Shown: positions 63,201 through 64,000 of the stretch, one piece after another
Layout of the letters: the number at the start of each line of letters is the position of its first letter
How positions within the stretch are numbered: the first letter of the stretch is position 1
Source of the DNA: Verrucomicrobiota bacterium
GTDB lineage: Bacteria; Verrucomicrobiota; Verrucomicrobiia; Limisphaerales; AAA164-E04
DNA: 64,000 nt
Reading direction: 5' to 3'
NCBI GenBank assembly: GCA_047947115.1
Contig: CP170459.1
Location: 5,472,001-5,536,000 of the forward strand
Notes under the pieces: model-generated
The model's input: only the letters and a program-made list of their open reading frames with translations
The model's database searches: none
What the model was told of the DNA's origin: nothing
Program-made: the position numbers and the translations under genes

Positions 63201-64000
63201 AAAAGTGCTTCCCAGATGTGCGGCATATCGCTGCGCCAACCTGTTGCGAAACGATGCATTATTCAGCAAGGCACCGACCAATGGGTAACCATCATCAATA
63301 TTGTCAATCAAAGACCGATCGACATTTTCCCTCCGAAAACCACGATCCAGATCAGGAATCACCCAATGCCATTTGCCTTCATCCGTACGTTCTCTCCAAA
63401 ATTCCCGGTTATGTCTCCAGCTGGAATTGTATACAAAATCTTCAAAGACAATGTAATCACACAGGCTGTCCAAATCGATTTGAGAAGCCACTGTATGAAA
63501 CGCATCGGGATCCGTCAGGTCGCTGGACACAGCCAATTGTTCCAGTTCCAAATACGCGTCCGTATCGCCTTCGATCGGCAACAAAGCCACAGCGTTTCCA
63601 ATGACATGGGCATACTCCAAGTAATCGTATGCCCCGACATTAAGGTGGTGGTGCGTCTGAAACCACACTTCATCCAGGCGCTCGCGTAGGTTGTAGATCC
63701 CCCAGTATTCGCCGTTGAGATACATCACGCAGGGCCGGTAGTTCTGCACATCGCAGTGACTCTGCCCCTCTAAAATGAATGGCGTCATCGCATCTCGCAG
63801 CATGGCATTGGGCCAATTGTCACCACCGTTGCGAAACACAAACTGCCCGAACAACGCCTGGCGTTCGTTGTCAAACAAGGGGTATTGAACCAAATCATCC
63901 CCATATTTGCCTCGCATCGAAATCGTCAGCGGTTTCTGGGCAAATCGCCAGATGTTTTCACCGGCAATCTTGGCACCCGCGTTCACACTGAAAGCAAGCC
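60225..64000 (-). CDS. Large secreted CotH-kinase / beta-helix / lamin-tail-domain protein (5' end beyond window)
   Basis: YLNGEYWGIYNLRER, WVIPDLD (CotH); DAIDFD/DGID/DKGISVG beta-helix; two [IV]VI[NS]EIM lamin-tail domains; DPDQDG...EFA...NP tail. Confidence 0.88.
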   Translation of the reverse strand, partial: LAFSVNAGAKIAGENIWRFAQKPLTISMRGKYGDDLVQYPLFDNERQALFGQFVFRNGGDNWPNAMLRDAMTPFILEGQSHCDVQNYRPCVMYLNGEYWGIYNLRERLDEVWFQTHHHLNVGAYDYLEYAHVIGNAVALLPIEGDTDAYLELEQLAVSSDLTDPDAFHTVASQIDLDSLCDYIVFEDFVYNSSWRHNREFWRERTDEGKWHWVIPDLDRGFRRENVDRSLIDNIDDGYPLVGALLNNASFRNRLAQRYAAHLGSTFHPDRIRDILHQLDVPLAGDIEQHIARWRKDGGIQSLETRSSELDEILEFSRNRAPHARRGMSDHLGMGDTAIIQIKVVPPEAGRVTVCGVPALPDYNMAFELFRNVPAELEAQSAAGYRFVGWEETGSSEAEQSFVVDVARNWTALFERSDETMLPERLDELLVLDAAHSPYIVPRSLAVERGGQLIVEAGVEIRMAPQADLMVRGQLDIRGEAERPVLIHARNGITQWGSIVFEQAEGVQHVSHLILRNGGLGPDPVRHRGAISNMDSELVIDHLDLESSTTIFALGGRTTLMDSRIHSPHTGDGINVKRGWGNVEVCVFLGNTSADTDAIDFDGVVGGVIRGNRIYAFRGPNSDGIDVGEQCVDLLVEGNLIYNNSDKGISVGQGSLVNIRENLIVGCVLGVGIKDTGSEAHLIHNTFVDNETAVAVYEKNLLHGGGSVWVDSCIIVGSGTRPVTVDSLSTADTVYTLFDPVMFEGIGNFIADPGFVDPASYNFQLKSGSLALDRGNPLLGRDLDGTLPDVGAHYQFQESDYPYIPPHQIVINEIMAHSHGEEPDWIELLNQGTQPVDIGGWYLSDDEEQPRKFQIPDGTILEGGAFAVFYEDVHFGVSASHPGKRIAFALSENGETVSLFAPGDGLYLDYLEKEIFGPSASGVSRGRYEKNGSGLVNFVPMTIPTPGKINSPPLVGPIVISEIMYHPESNAKAEYLELTNISPEPVTFWEEDAGEPWRFTDGIDMIFSIEAPLTMSPGERIILALDPDVFAAVYQVPDGTRVLPWSAGALSNGGEKLELSRPGDVDAQGERQYIRIDRVVYGDGGLWPDSADGGGFSLHKRNIYSYGNDASEWFAARPNPGVSIQDFEGVLSAFEQWSEQWEVPLDASVYSLDPDQDGRNHFEEFAQQTNPWVSDEAPAPIIRVTQQTILLRFPVSPNLDARSWTIEYATDLLGTDWQVWPSVRVQEGNQAWIQVEARIGAKTGFFTLKINFPEDTQP

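Overview
Bacterial chromosomal window, most consistent with a Verrucomicrobiota (Pedosphaerales-like) genome. This is inferred from gene style: a prepilin/H-X9-DG protein, a sulfatase, a CotH/lamin-tail protein and a bS22-type peptide. The backbone is housekeeping: carboxy(nor)spermidine genes, hisG, purN, kdsB-pyrG, folC, grpE-dnaJ-rsmE, Rieske plus cytochrome b/c, hpf, apbE, fumC, pyrR-pyrB and rpmH-rnpA-yidD-yidC-jag. Two tRNA-anchored accessory regions stand out. (1) At 11.9-15.9 kb, 3' of tRNA-Ser(GGA), is an integrase-less tandem array of toxin-antitoxin cassettes: 4 pairs plus 1 chimeric orphan antitoxin. They are separated by a duplicated tRNA 3' end, a duplicated structured ~200-bp spacer and recurring short boundary motifs. 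(2) At 35-43.7 kb, 5' of tRNA-Arg(UCU), are two paralogous cassettes of a family I do not recognise. Each has one secreted lead protein with conserved termini, followed by 2-3 N-terminally membrane-anchored paralogs. A decayed copy of the tRNA 5' half, starting exactly at the anticodon loop, lies between them. Region 2 is my best candidate for an undescribed system. Also present: an intact IS4-family element inside a foldback MITE, two copies of a 122-bp MITE, GTAG-type REP-like hairpins including a 9-10 unit tandem array, several pseudogenes, and a CobW-GTPase / HdrA-N-like / ferredoxin operon of unknown function. All family calls are from motif recognition by eye; no searches were run.
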